Shown: piece after piece, positions 1 to 9,123 of the stretch | Numbering within the stretch: position 1 is the stretch's first letter | How the letters are laid out: every line of letters begins with the position of its first letter | Origin: Azolla caroliniana | Taxonomy: Eukaryota > Plantae > Polypodiophyta | Assembly (NCBI GenBank): GCA_043228905.1 | Contig: JBHGNT010000015.1 | Coordinates: 2,542,001 to 2,606,000 of the forward strand | Length of the DNA stretch: 64,000 nucleotides | Direction: 5' to 3' | The notes under the pieces: generated by a model | Database searches by the model: none | What the model was told of the DNA's origin: nothing | Seen by the model: the letters and a program-made list of their open reading frames with translations, nothing else | Made by a program: the position numbers and the translations under genes

Positions 1-714
1 CTTCCCACAGTGGAAGCATGTGGGTCTTCCTCTTGACTGCGACCGGGTCCCCGACTTCTCCCGTCTTTGCGGACTCCGGTTCCATTGTCTTCCCCGTTCC
101 GATTCGGTAAGCAGCGCCTTCGAGTCGGAGGCTGGTTCTTTATCTCTCCGACGCGCTTCTTCGTTCAAAATACTTGTCTTTACCGTTTGTAGGGACAAGT
201 TATCTTCGGTGCAGGAGGTGCTGAGAGTCACCACCAAGTTCTCCCAGCTTTCCGGCAATGTACACATCAGAATGATGGCTTGCATTGCATCCTCCAACGG
301 GAACTTGATCGCCGCAAGCTGGTTCACGAATCCCATGAACGTGCTTACGTGTTCCACCATACTCTCGCTGTCCCGGTACTTGAGGTTCACTATCTTCCTC
401 ATCAGGGAGGTCCGGTTCAACGCATTCTTCCTCTCGTAGAGGCCCGACAGCTTCCGCCACATCTCATATGCGTTGGTGTCGTTCGCCACATGTTGTAGAA
501 CACTTACATCGACATATTGCCGGATCGTCGCTACGGCTTTCCGGTTCAGGAGCTTCCACTCCGACTCTATTACTCCCTTGGGTATCTCGGCATTGTCGAT
601 CGGTTCGTACAGGTCTCGGACGATGAGAAGGTCTTCCATCTTTATCTTCCAGTCGGCGTAGTTCTGTGAGTTCAACACCATCATGCCCGGAGGCCCACTA
701 CCGCCGCCTTCCAT
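1..714 (-). CDS. gag: Copia Gag (start of gag-pol), open to the window edge
   Basis: ATG at 714; MEGGGSGPPGMMVLNSQNYADWKIKMEDLLIVRDLYEPI...LPESWENLVVTLS...ILNEEARRR...CFHCGK; translated by hand because the ORF track omits it (no stop inside the window). Confidence 0.85.
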   Translation of the reverse strand, partial: MEGGGSGPPGMMVLNSQNYADWKIKMEDLLIVRDLYEPIDNAEIPKGVIESEWKLLNRKAVATIRQYVDVSVLQHVANDTNAYEMWRKLSGLYERKNALNRTSLMRKIVNLKYRDSESMVEHVSTFMGFVNQLAAIKFPLEDAMQAIILMCTLPESWENLVVTLSTSCTEDNLSLQTVKTSILNEEARRRDKEPASDSKALLTESERGRQWNRSPQRREKSGTRSQSRGRPTCFHCGK

Positions 715-730
715 TTTCTGTGTTAACCGT

Positions 731-742
731 GCTCTGATACCA
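731..742 (-). promoter_or_regulatory. Primer binding site, tRNA-iMet type
   Basis: GCTCTGATACCA on + = TGGTATCAGAGC on -, 3 nt from the LTR end. Confidence 0.9.
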
Positions 743-745
743 CTT

Positions 746-1407
746 TGTTAAACACAATGCTCGGCCACAACCGAGGAATAGGATCAACTCCCAGAAAACA
801 GGAAATACAAAATACACGAAGACAACAGAGAGAAAGGTACACAGGATGTTTTGCGTGGAAAACCCTAAATGGGAAAAAACCACGGGAGTCCTCAAACTCC
901 AACTATCACTATAAACAGAGATGTACAATGGTGAAGCTACAAGGCAACAACCTTGAGCTCACTGTCTTCGCCACAGGCGGCGGCAATACACAGAGGCGTC
1001 GACCTCTTCCTTTCTCTCTCTTTCTCTCTCGGCTGCTCTCACTTCGCTCCCTCGGCTGAAAACATAAAATGAGCAACAACATCTAAACTGTTTGCCCTAA
1101 GTCATATTTATACACATATGACTTTCGGGCTATTTACAAATATAGCCTCAAGGGCCCTTGGCAAACATATTCACAAATATGTCCCCGCATCCGGATCTCT
1201 CTCCGGGTACATTCGTCATCCGGCTCCGTAGCCGGGGTCTTCAGCATCCGGCTCCGTAGCCGGGGTCTTCATCATCCGGATCCGTAGCCGGGTACTCTTC
1301 ATCCGGCTTCATGCCGGGTACTCTTCATCATCCGGTTCCGTAACCGCAACCGGGCTTGCCGTCATTCATCTCCGGACATCCCATCCGGAGGGACCGAGAT
1401 CCCAACA
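746..1407 (-). repeat. Copia 5' LTR with an internal ~23-bp tandem array (CATCCGGCTCCGTAGCCGGGGTCTT-like, ~1187-1390)
   Basis: TG...CA termini adjacent to the PBS; the R/U5 part is similar to the LTR fragment at 63291-63582. Confidence 0.85.
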
Positions 1408-1446
1408 TATTTTACATCAAACGACAAAACCATATTTTTCTTTAAA

Positions 1447-1805
1447 TGGGAAAACCAGATATAACCACACATGTTAGAGCTCATTTCTTTGTCCACCATC
1501 CTCACCATTGCTTCCATTTGATGTAAGATGGGGATGTTACAGTATAGGTGAAGAGATTCACCAACTATGCATTTACTTCGAGAGTCCGAGTATCACACTC
1601 AATTACAATGCCCCACCTTGGATAACACTTTAGTTTGCTTTCACCATGTTGCTAATATGCACAATCTTCATTCTCAATCACACTTTTTTTTTGTAAAAAG
1701 TCTTGACCACTAAGAGTTGCTACTCACATCCACGGATATTATGTAAAACATGGTCTACTTTTGGTTCCATAATCCATATTTGATATTCGAGGATGATAAT
1801 AAATC
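1447..1805. repeat. Old interspersed repeat, homologous to 34797-35205 and a short piece at ~52960-53025
   Basis: Shared blocks in the same order: ACATGTTAGAG, TGATGT(A/G)AGATGGGG, CAACTATG, AGTATCACACT, CTACTCA..CCACG, CATATTTGA. Confidence 0.45.
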
Positions 1806-1964
1806 TATTTATACATCTCTTTTATAGTAATTGTCTTACTTACTATGATGAGCTATTATGCTATCAACACGAGGTTATGAATATAAATGAGCTTACAATC
1901 TCCACATAGTTAATATAACCTTCACATAGAACTAGGTCCACATTTAGTTAATATAAATGAGGTC

Positions 1965-1999
<35 letters not shown>

Positions 2000-2382
2000 G
2001 CCTTACATGTGCACACACCCAAATGGAACTAGGATGAGAGACTAAAAAATTGCCATAGTCATACATTGACATTAACCCAATATGTTTGTACATCATCCTA
2101 TCTAGTCATTCCATGCCATTTTAAACACAAGAAGGCCAATCACCCTTCTCATTTGTGGTCATGTTGTTGAGCTTGGGAATAAATCCTATAGAGGATTTGA
2201 TTGAGCAAATCATATGTAAATGTGTGCTCTTCTCTTTTACCAAGAGTGCATTTCACATTATGACGTGAAACATTCAAGAGCATTTGATAATGCTTCTCAC
2301 AATCAATCACCCAATTCATTATTTAACTTGAGTCACACTCCCAACCTCCCTCTATTAATGCATGCGCGTGTGCGCACATAAC

Positions 2383-2383
<1 letters not shown>

Positions 2384-2449
<66 letters not shown>
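2384..2449. repeat. (CA)n microsatellite
   Basis: Pure AC dinucleotide run. Confidence 0.95.
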
Positions 2450-2452
<3 letters not shown>

Positions 2453-2904
2453 TATATACACTTTGTTTAGGCATAAGGGAGATATTAAGAAACATGCATG
2501 AGCCACATGTGGCACCGACAAAGGAGGCACTCTTGTGACACTTGATTTGGGTACCATAGCTTTAGGTTTGATGATGATAAGATATAATCTCTCTCTCTAA
2601 ATGAGACTTTTATGTTTTAGGTCCGCGAAGATTATAATATACCATCAAAATAACCTGTCTTTCTTTCATTTATACCAAACATTCCATTCCTCATGATGAA
2701 AACATGACCAATTGTTGTGACAACATCATCTGTACTTTGTACTACTTGTAAAAAGGAAGTTGATCCAAGAACCAATTATTTCCTTGCAATAAGAAGTAAG
2801 TATAAGCATTTCCAATAACTTTTCAATATTTAAGAAAAATTATACACTTCCTCTGTATGGTATGCATTGAAAAGTAGAAAATATTGCAGTTATTATGCCT
2901 TGCA

Positions 2905-3290
2905 ATGTTTTTTTTCCAAAAAAGGAGCTACTCTCCCATGAGTCAGGAGAGATTTTTATAGAAAGACTATACAAGTATATAAGTCGGGGAATCACCCCGA
3001 ACTGAGTTCAAGAATATGAGACTACGTACATATCCTCTCTTACTGTCTACTTAATGTAAGTAAGTATGTAGAACTATAAACTAGTGGCAATCATTATGGG
3101 TCAGCACGAGCTCGATCCTCTGGCCTTCAATGGAGGGAGGGTGGAAGTTGAGTAGGAAACAACGAACGTGGGGGATGGTAGTTCCAACTCGGGGAGTTTC
3201 CTCCTTGCCTCACCATCAATGTGTTCCTCCATTTTTGTCAAAAGCGTAAGGGGGCAGTGACCACGTCGTCGGAGTGGCCACAAACCTCAT
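2905..3290 (-). mobile_element. 5'-truncated 3' end of a non-LTR retroelement (ORF tail, 3' UTR, A-rich tail)
   Basis: Homologous at DNA and peptide level to 5043-5380 in the opposite orientation; ends in an A-run on the minus strand (T-run at ~2908-2915). Confidence 0.55.
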
Positions 3291-4182
3291 CCAACTACCC
3301 TCGTAGCTTGCATGGTTTTAGTCATTGGGTTATGTATGCATAGAAGCTTGTTTTTGGTGATACTCCATTGGCTTTTGTTGTTATGTCTCCTTAGCAAATC
3401 AGGCTGATTTCTATTTTAGTGTCCAAAAAATATTAATAAGAAGAGTGAGATTTATTAAAGTTTATAAGAAACATGTTTGTGTTCAGAAGTGGAAGGATCG
3501 CGCATTCCATTATTAGATTCCTTTTATAATCTGTGGTTTTAAGCAATTTTCAGAAAGTTGATGCACCAATATCACATGTCGTAAATAACATATAAATTTT
3601 GTTGTTTTTTTTGAGATTTAACAAGTGTCAAAATGATCATTTCTAAAATTCAATAGTTTTTCGATAAATGTTTAAACGTTGATGGTCTACAAATATGAAA
3701 TGTAGTTAACTTAAGGAAAATCAGAATGGTTAATTCAACGCACAAGTTAAGATTAATGGTTTCACCATCTTGAGGAGATGTAGGCTCCATAAATGTTATC
3801 AACATCTATAAATTTAGTGCTCATCAACATCCATAAAGTCAGAACTCCAAAAATGTAGACAATATTCATGAACTATTAAAACTGTCAAACCTACATGTAA
3901 ACATTAATATATTCTTCGAATATATCATATAGTTATTAGGGTATCCACACTGCTCGTCTCTTCTTCCTTTTGGGAACTCTCCTTGAAAATTTGTGTAGTA
4001 GTATCTACTCCACATAGGCTAGCAATAGTAGGGCCCTTTACTAGCTCGTCGTCAAAATGTTCACTAGCTAATGGAGGAATTGGTTCATGCGATCAATGGT
4101 GAAAATGTTAAGGCTTTAATCCTCATGTGAATGAAACTCACTTGCTCATCCAAATTTTGTTAGTGTAAAGTCATACACAATG

Positions 4183-4929
4183 ATTACCATCGACACAATT
4201 ATTTTAAAAATAGAGATTTCAGTACAATTTGATACAATGTACGAATTCAGATTGCAGTACAATTCGATACTCAAGTTCAATGTGTTTTCGTCACAATTCG
4301 ATTCTTAGTATCAAATTCCGGTTCAAAGTTTTTATTTTATTTCGAAAAAAAATAAAATTCAAAACTTTAAACCTGAATTCATTACTAAGTATCGAATTGT
4401 GATGAAAACATCACAATTCAAAATTGGAATTCAATACTAAGTATTGAATTGTGATGAAAATAGGGCGTTTTCATTACAATTAGATACTTAGTAATGAGTT
4501 CAGGTTTAAAGTTTTTTTTTTTCTTCATAAGTATTGAATTGTGATGAAAGCATCACAATTCGAAACTTGAATTTGATACTTAGTATCGAGTTCAGGTTTA
4601 AAGTAACCTCAACCCGATACTAAGTATTGACTTGAACTCGATACTTATTATCGAGTTGTGATGAAAACAAGGTGTTTTCATCACAATACTAAGCTTTTCA
4701 TCACAATTCGATAGTTAGTATTGAATTTAGGTTTCGAATTGTGATGCTTTCATCACAATTTGATACTTATGAAAAACTAAACCTTTAAACCTGAACTCGA
4801 TACTAAGAATCCAATTGTGATGAAAACACTTTTAACTTGAGTATCGAATTGTATTGCAATCTGAATTCGTTACATTGTATCGAATTGTATTGAAATCTCT
4901 GTTTTTAGAATAATTGGGTCGATGGTAAT
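4183..4929. mobile_element. Foldback/MITE-like element with long terminal inverted repeats and internal repeated modules
   Basis: ATTACCATCGAC.CAATTATT.TAAAAA.AGAGATTTCA... at left matches the reverse complement of the right end over >90 bp; internal GTATCGAATTGTGATGAAAA modules in both orientations; possible TA target duplication. Confidence 0.8.
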
Positions 4930-5042
4930 AGTGAAGTCAATTTTTGCTGAAAAGACCTTGGCAAATACATCAGATGTTAAGGTGTATTAGAATAAAGCAC
5001 ACTATGAAAGGTTCAAGAGTTAAAAGGAGAATTTGCTTGTTT

Positions 5043-5380
5043 GCGCTTTTGGCATAAATGGTGGAACAAGCCTATGGTGACACAAGGAGGAAGTGGCCCG
5101 AGGTGGAACTACCAGCCCCCACACTGGCTGTTTCTGGCTCACTTACCACCCTCCCTTCGCTGTCGAGGCCAGGAGGTGTCTCGTACTAGCCATCACTGAA
5201 GGGCACTGTTTTTAGCTATAGGTACTTACATTAAGTGGTTAGTCTGAAAGGCGATGTAACTAGTCTCATTTTCTTGAACCTGATCGGAGCGAGATTCCCC
5301 GTTCTATGTGTAAGCCTCCTTGTACAGTCTCTTTGTAATAATTCTTCCTAACTAATGGGAAAGTAGCTTCATTTACAACA
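5043..5380 (+). mobile_element. 5'-truncated 3' end of a non-LTR retroelement, same family as 2905-3290
   Basis: Peptide MVEQAYGDTRRKWPEVELPAPTLAVSGSLTTLPSLSRPGGVSY* aligns to MEEHIDGEARRKLPELELPSPTFVVSYSTSTLPPLKARGSSSC*; the 3' UTRs align too. Confidence 0.55.
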
Positions 5381-5401
5381 AGAGGGTAGGTTTATATAGG
5401 G

Positions 5402-5448
<47 letters not shown>

Positions 5449-6412
5449 GATGGGAGAGAGGGAAACGGGGAATTGTGATAGGCAAAGGATTGATTAGTGA
5501 AAGTGGGTTAGAGGGGGGTTATATGTATGTATATGATAAGTGATAGGTGGGGGTGGGTGTGGGGGTGGGCTCTAAGAAGAGGGGGATTATAGGGGTGGGA
5601 TATAAAAGGCATATAGTATTAAGTGGGAGTATTTATGGATTTATATTTAGTTTTGACGAGAAGGGAATGAATGGACTTAGACTTAGTCCAACATATGAAG
5701 GGTCGCGGTAGTTTGGATAGTTGGGGATGTATGGCTAAATCTGCGTGGAGGTTTTCTAGCATGTCGTGAATTCCTAATCTAGGGGTATCTTTCGTATACC
5801 TAAGTTTGAAGATGATAGGTATAAGGGTACTTTTAGGTTTTCTACTAAATACTAGTGATTTCCTAGCGTTAAATGGGACCTTTTTATAATTCTCTAATAT
5901 AAAAGAAAGGGGATATCCTCTCTTAACTAATCTACTAAAAAATAGTTTTTTCATTCGAAGGAAACCTAAGGGGGTACTTTCTCTAATTAGGTATCGTTTT
6001 AGTTCATTAATAATAAAATGACGTTTTAAGTGAAGGGGGTGAACTGACGAGAATGAGAGATACTGGTAGGCATTTTGGGGCTTTTGGTAGCAATTAAAGG
6101 AGAAATGTGAATTCTTTAGGTTAATCCATAAATCTAAGAACGGTAATCTAAAGGGAGAAGTGGTGATGGTAATTTTGATGCAATTATTAGTGGAGGTGTT
6201 ATAGGACTGGAGGTAATTTTCTAATTCGGGTTTAGTACCTGTCCATATCCCGAATGCATCATCTATATATCTAGTGAAATAAAAAAGATTAGGGTGTGAT
6301 GGTTGGGAGTTCTCTAAGTGAGCTAAGAATAGGCATGCATAAACTACAGAAAAATTACTACCCATGGCTGTACCCTTGACTTGTTGATAGATCATGTCAT
6401 CAAAGGATAGAA

Positions 6413-6480
6413 CTAGCGAATTGAGCTCTTTTGAGCATTTCTTCGCATGTACCTGCAGTGGCGTTCAAGTAATGTCCTTT
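6413..6480 (-). pseudogene. rbcL: Plastid rbcL fragment (NUPT)
   Basis: Minus strand encodes [22 protein letters not shown], a recognisable RuBisCO large subunit segment. Confidence 0.9.
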
Positions 6481-6557
6481 CCGGTAATGCTATACGGAAG
6501 AAGGAGGAGACTCACAAAATGGCAGAAGCTAACAAAGCTTTTGCCCATTTTCGTTAG
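6480..6557 (+). pseudogene. rps7: Plastid rps7 3'-end fragment (NUPT)
   Basis: Encodes [25 protein letters not shown], the plastid-type S7 C-terminus. Confidence 0.9.
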
Positions 6558-7443
6558 TTTCAAGCTTGTTCCAATCCACAATAAAAAAGTCATCAAAGGA
6601 TAGAAAGTGATATTCTAACGTGAGTGCAAATGATATGTAAGGAGTGACTCTCATGAAAGGAGTGATCACAATGATGCAAATAACTCCTGAATGTATATTT
6701 TGTGCAATGATATGTAACAGATTTAGACAACATTTTATTCAATGATATACAAAAGCTGATTGTTTTGAAATCATTTGGTTTTAATTTCTTTAAGATCTAA
6801 AAAATGATTAGTTGTCATTTTTTCTTTAAAATACACAAAGTTACTTTTCGTATTTGGCCAAATTTTGACACTTTCCAATTTTACCAAATGGTGAAATTTT
6901 TAGCTTTTTCATCAAGTTTTCGAGAACATGTGATATTGGTATTAAGACGTTTTGTGAAATGGCCAAAAAAGCCCCAAAATTGGACAGAATATTCCTTATC
7001 CTTCCATTTGTGCGCGATCCTTCCACTTGTGAACGCAAACATGTTAAGAGTGGAAGAACAGAGAAGAGTAACTAATAAATTTTTCTCGGATTTCTATTCA
7101 AAGTTTTTAATATATAAATTTAATATTTTATTGTGAAGCATCATTTAGCTTATTTACATGATAGTTCAACATTGCATGCGAGAATTCCATACATTTCTAG
7201 AGTTTCAAGTACCTATCATGAACTCGATTAAATGTTGAGACTCTTTATTTTAGTCTTTTTTTTTCGAGAAAAAAATATTTCCCATTAGTTAGGTGAATCA
7301 CATATACAAATAAGGCCATGTACACTCTAAGTATCTACAAATACTCTACTATTTACAAGTCACTTTCATATATATTTGGCTATCGTTGTGTGACACCTTA
7401 GATAAAAAGTGGGGGGGGGGGGGTAAATCGTTTTCCTTGTAAC

Positions 7444-7914
7444 TGTCATGATAACAGTCACATCATGCATCGAAAGGATCATGACACTCACATTATGACT
7501 CGAAAGGATTTGAACCCACGACCTTGTTGTACACATGTCAAATCCTTAACCATTGTATTAATATTCTTATATGTATAGTCTCTAGAATATGAAATCTAAT
7601 ATCATAGGAATATTCTATATTACTCTACATTCTAGAATGACCTAGAGTATTCTAGAGTGTTCTATACCACTAGAACCTTCTAGAATACTCTAGAGATCTT
7701 CTAGATTACTCTACATTCTAGGATAACCTAGAATATTCTAGAGAGTTCTCTATTACTTATAAATAGGGATCTACCACCCATCCCAAACCTAAATTGGTTC
7801 AACGCCATTTTGTAGCCTACTCTTTGTAATCCATTTTACGCTTCAATATAATAATTCTCTTTCAATTATCTCTCTATCTCTTTTTCTCTCTCTTTCTCTC
7901 TCTCAGTCTTGACA
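7444..7914 (+). repeat. 5' LTR of element A
   Basis: TGTCATG...TTGACA; TATAAATA at 7758-7765. Confidence 0.97.
7495..7567 (-). promoter_or_regulatory. tRNA-like Pol III promoter module in LTR A U3 (second copy at 12805-12877)
   Basis: Minus strand TAATACAATGGTTAAG...AAGGTCGTGGGTTCAAATCC; A box to B box offset ~44 nt as in tRNA genes. Confidence 0.65.
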
Positions 7915-8002
7915 GTTTGAACCAATTTTCTTCCTTTCATCTCTTCGTCTTCCACAAACCCTAACAAGTTCTCTTCTTCCTTCTCCTCTCCCCTCATAAG
8001 CT

Positions 8003-9123
8003 ATGGAGTCCGTGAGCAAACAAGAATACATGCGTGTTCTTTCTGAGCTCGACATGCTCACGAATAAATTTGTCGCATTAGAGCATGAGAATCAAAGGCT
8101 ACTTGGAGATCTACAACACGTGAGCGCCGAAAAAGCTCAACAATATGAAGAGTTATCACAGCGGGTTCATCAACTTGAGGCGACTATATTGTCATTACGA
8201 GAGCAAGCGTCGGGGGCTCAGAACTCCCCTAGAGAGCCAAAGATCAGCCTCCCTGCCAAGTTTGATGGTACGAGGTCTTTATTTCGAGGCTTTTTGAATC
8301 AAGTTCGTTTAGTTATTTAGCTACATCCCAATCGGTATCCAACTGATGCTGCTCGTGTGGGATTAGTGGGAACTTTGCTATGCGGTACGGCGTTAGCATG
8401 GTTCGCACCACTTCTCGAGAAGAAATCACCATTGCTGGAGGATTTCGAGGCCTTTGTTAAAGAGTTTCAAGCTAGTTTCGGAGACACCGACAGCACTAGG
8501 ACAGCGATAAACAAGATTCGAAGGCTCCGACAAGGAGATCGTCCCGCGTCATCTTATGCAGCCGATTTCCGTCTCTTGGCATGCGATATCCCTTGGGATG
8601 AGGCAGCTTTAATGGATCAATTCCGTCAAGGTTTGAGAAATGATGTCAAAGATCTTCTTCTTACTTTCCCTGAAGATCCGAAGTCACTTACAGAAGCCAT
8701 TAGTCGAGCTGTGCGATGTGATAATCGCCTATTTGAGCGACGTTCTGAGCGCCAACAAATGTTACGCCGCCAACCTGAACAGACTTACGCTTCCGTAGTC
8801 GCAACGCCTCCACAAGTTTCTAGACCCATTACAAGGGATGGCCCAACTCCGATGGAAATAGAGTCAACACAACGTCGTGGGCCGTTATCAGATGCTGAGA
8901 AGCAACGACGTCGAGCGCATCGCCTCTGCCTGTATTGTGGTGGTCCAGGACATATAGCTGTAAATTGTCCACATAAACCTAGGCGTCAAGTATACCAAGT
9001 GCCCATGAAAACCCTACATCGAGTTCTATTGTTACTTCTAATAACATAAATAAGCCTCATAGTCCATGTCATGAGAATAGATTCGATGTCTTGAGTCAAT
9101 TAGAGGATGTGTTAAACGAGTAA
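8003..9123 (+). pseudogene. gag: Gag of element A (coiled coil, capsid, CCHC knuckle) with a premature TAG at 8318-8320 and a frameshift near 9000
   Basis: EPKISLPAKFDG, Q.DRPASSYAADFR, CLYCGGPGHIAVNC; the C-terminal ENRFDVLSQLEDVLNE* lies in another frame but matches element B NKLEVLSQLEEELND*. Confidence 0.85.

Larger units (their letters stand above)
1..1407 (-). mobile_element. Ty1/copia LTR retrotransposon, 5' part (5' LTR, PBS, gag), running off the window start
   Basis: Minus strand reads TGTTGGG...TAACA LTR (1407-746), then TGGTATCAGAGC PBS, then a gag frame with MMVLNSQNYADWKIKMEDLL and a CFHCGK zinc-knuckle start at the window edge. Confidence 0.9.
5619..6630 (-). mobile_element. 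Penelope-like element reverse transcriptase, 5'-truncated, no C-terminal GIY-YIG, interrupted by a plastid-DNA insertion
   Basis: TLEYHFLSFDD|MIYQQVKGTAMGS...RYIDD...LPFLDL...YQKP...YLSFSSVHP...RGYP motifs are typical of PLE RT and thumb; stop follows SLLVKTKYKSINTPT. Confidence 0.85.

Noticed and set aside
4930-5620. Hammerhead ribozyme downstream of the PLE
   Set aside because: No CTGANGA...GAAA core with pairing arms found by eye on either strand
8318-8320. Programmed stop-codon readthrough in gag
   Set aside because: Element B has a sense codon (GAA) at the equivalent position, so a point mutation is more likely
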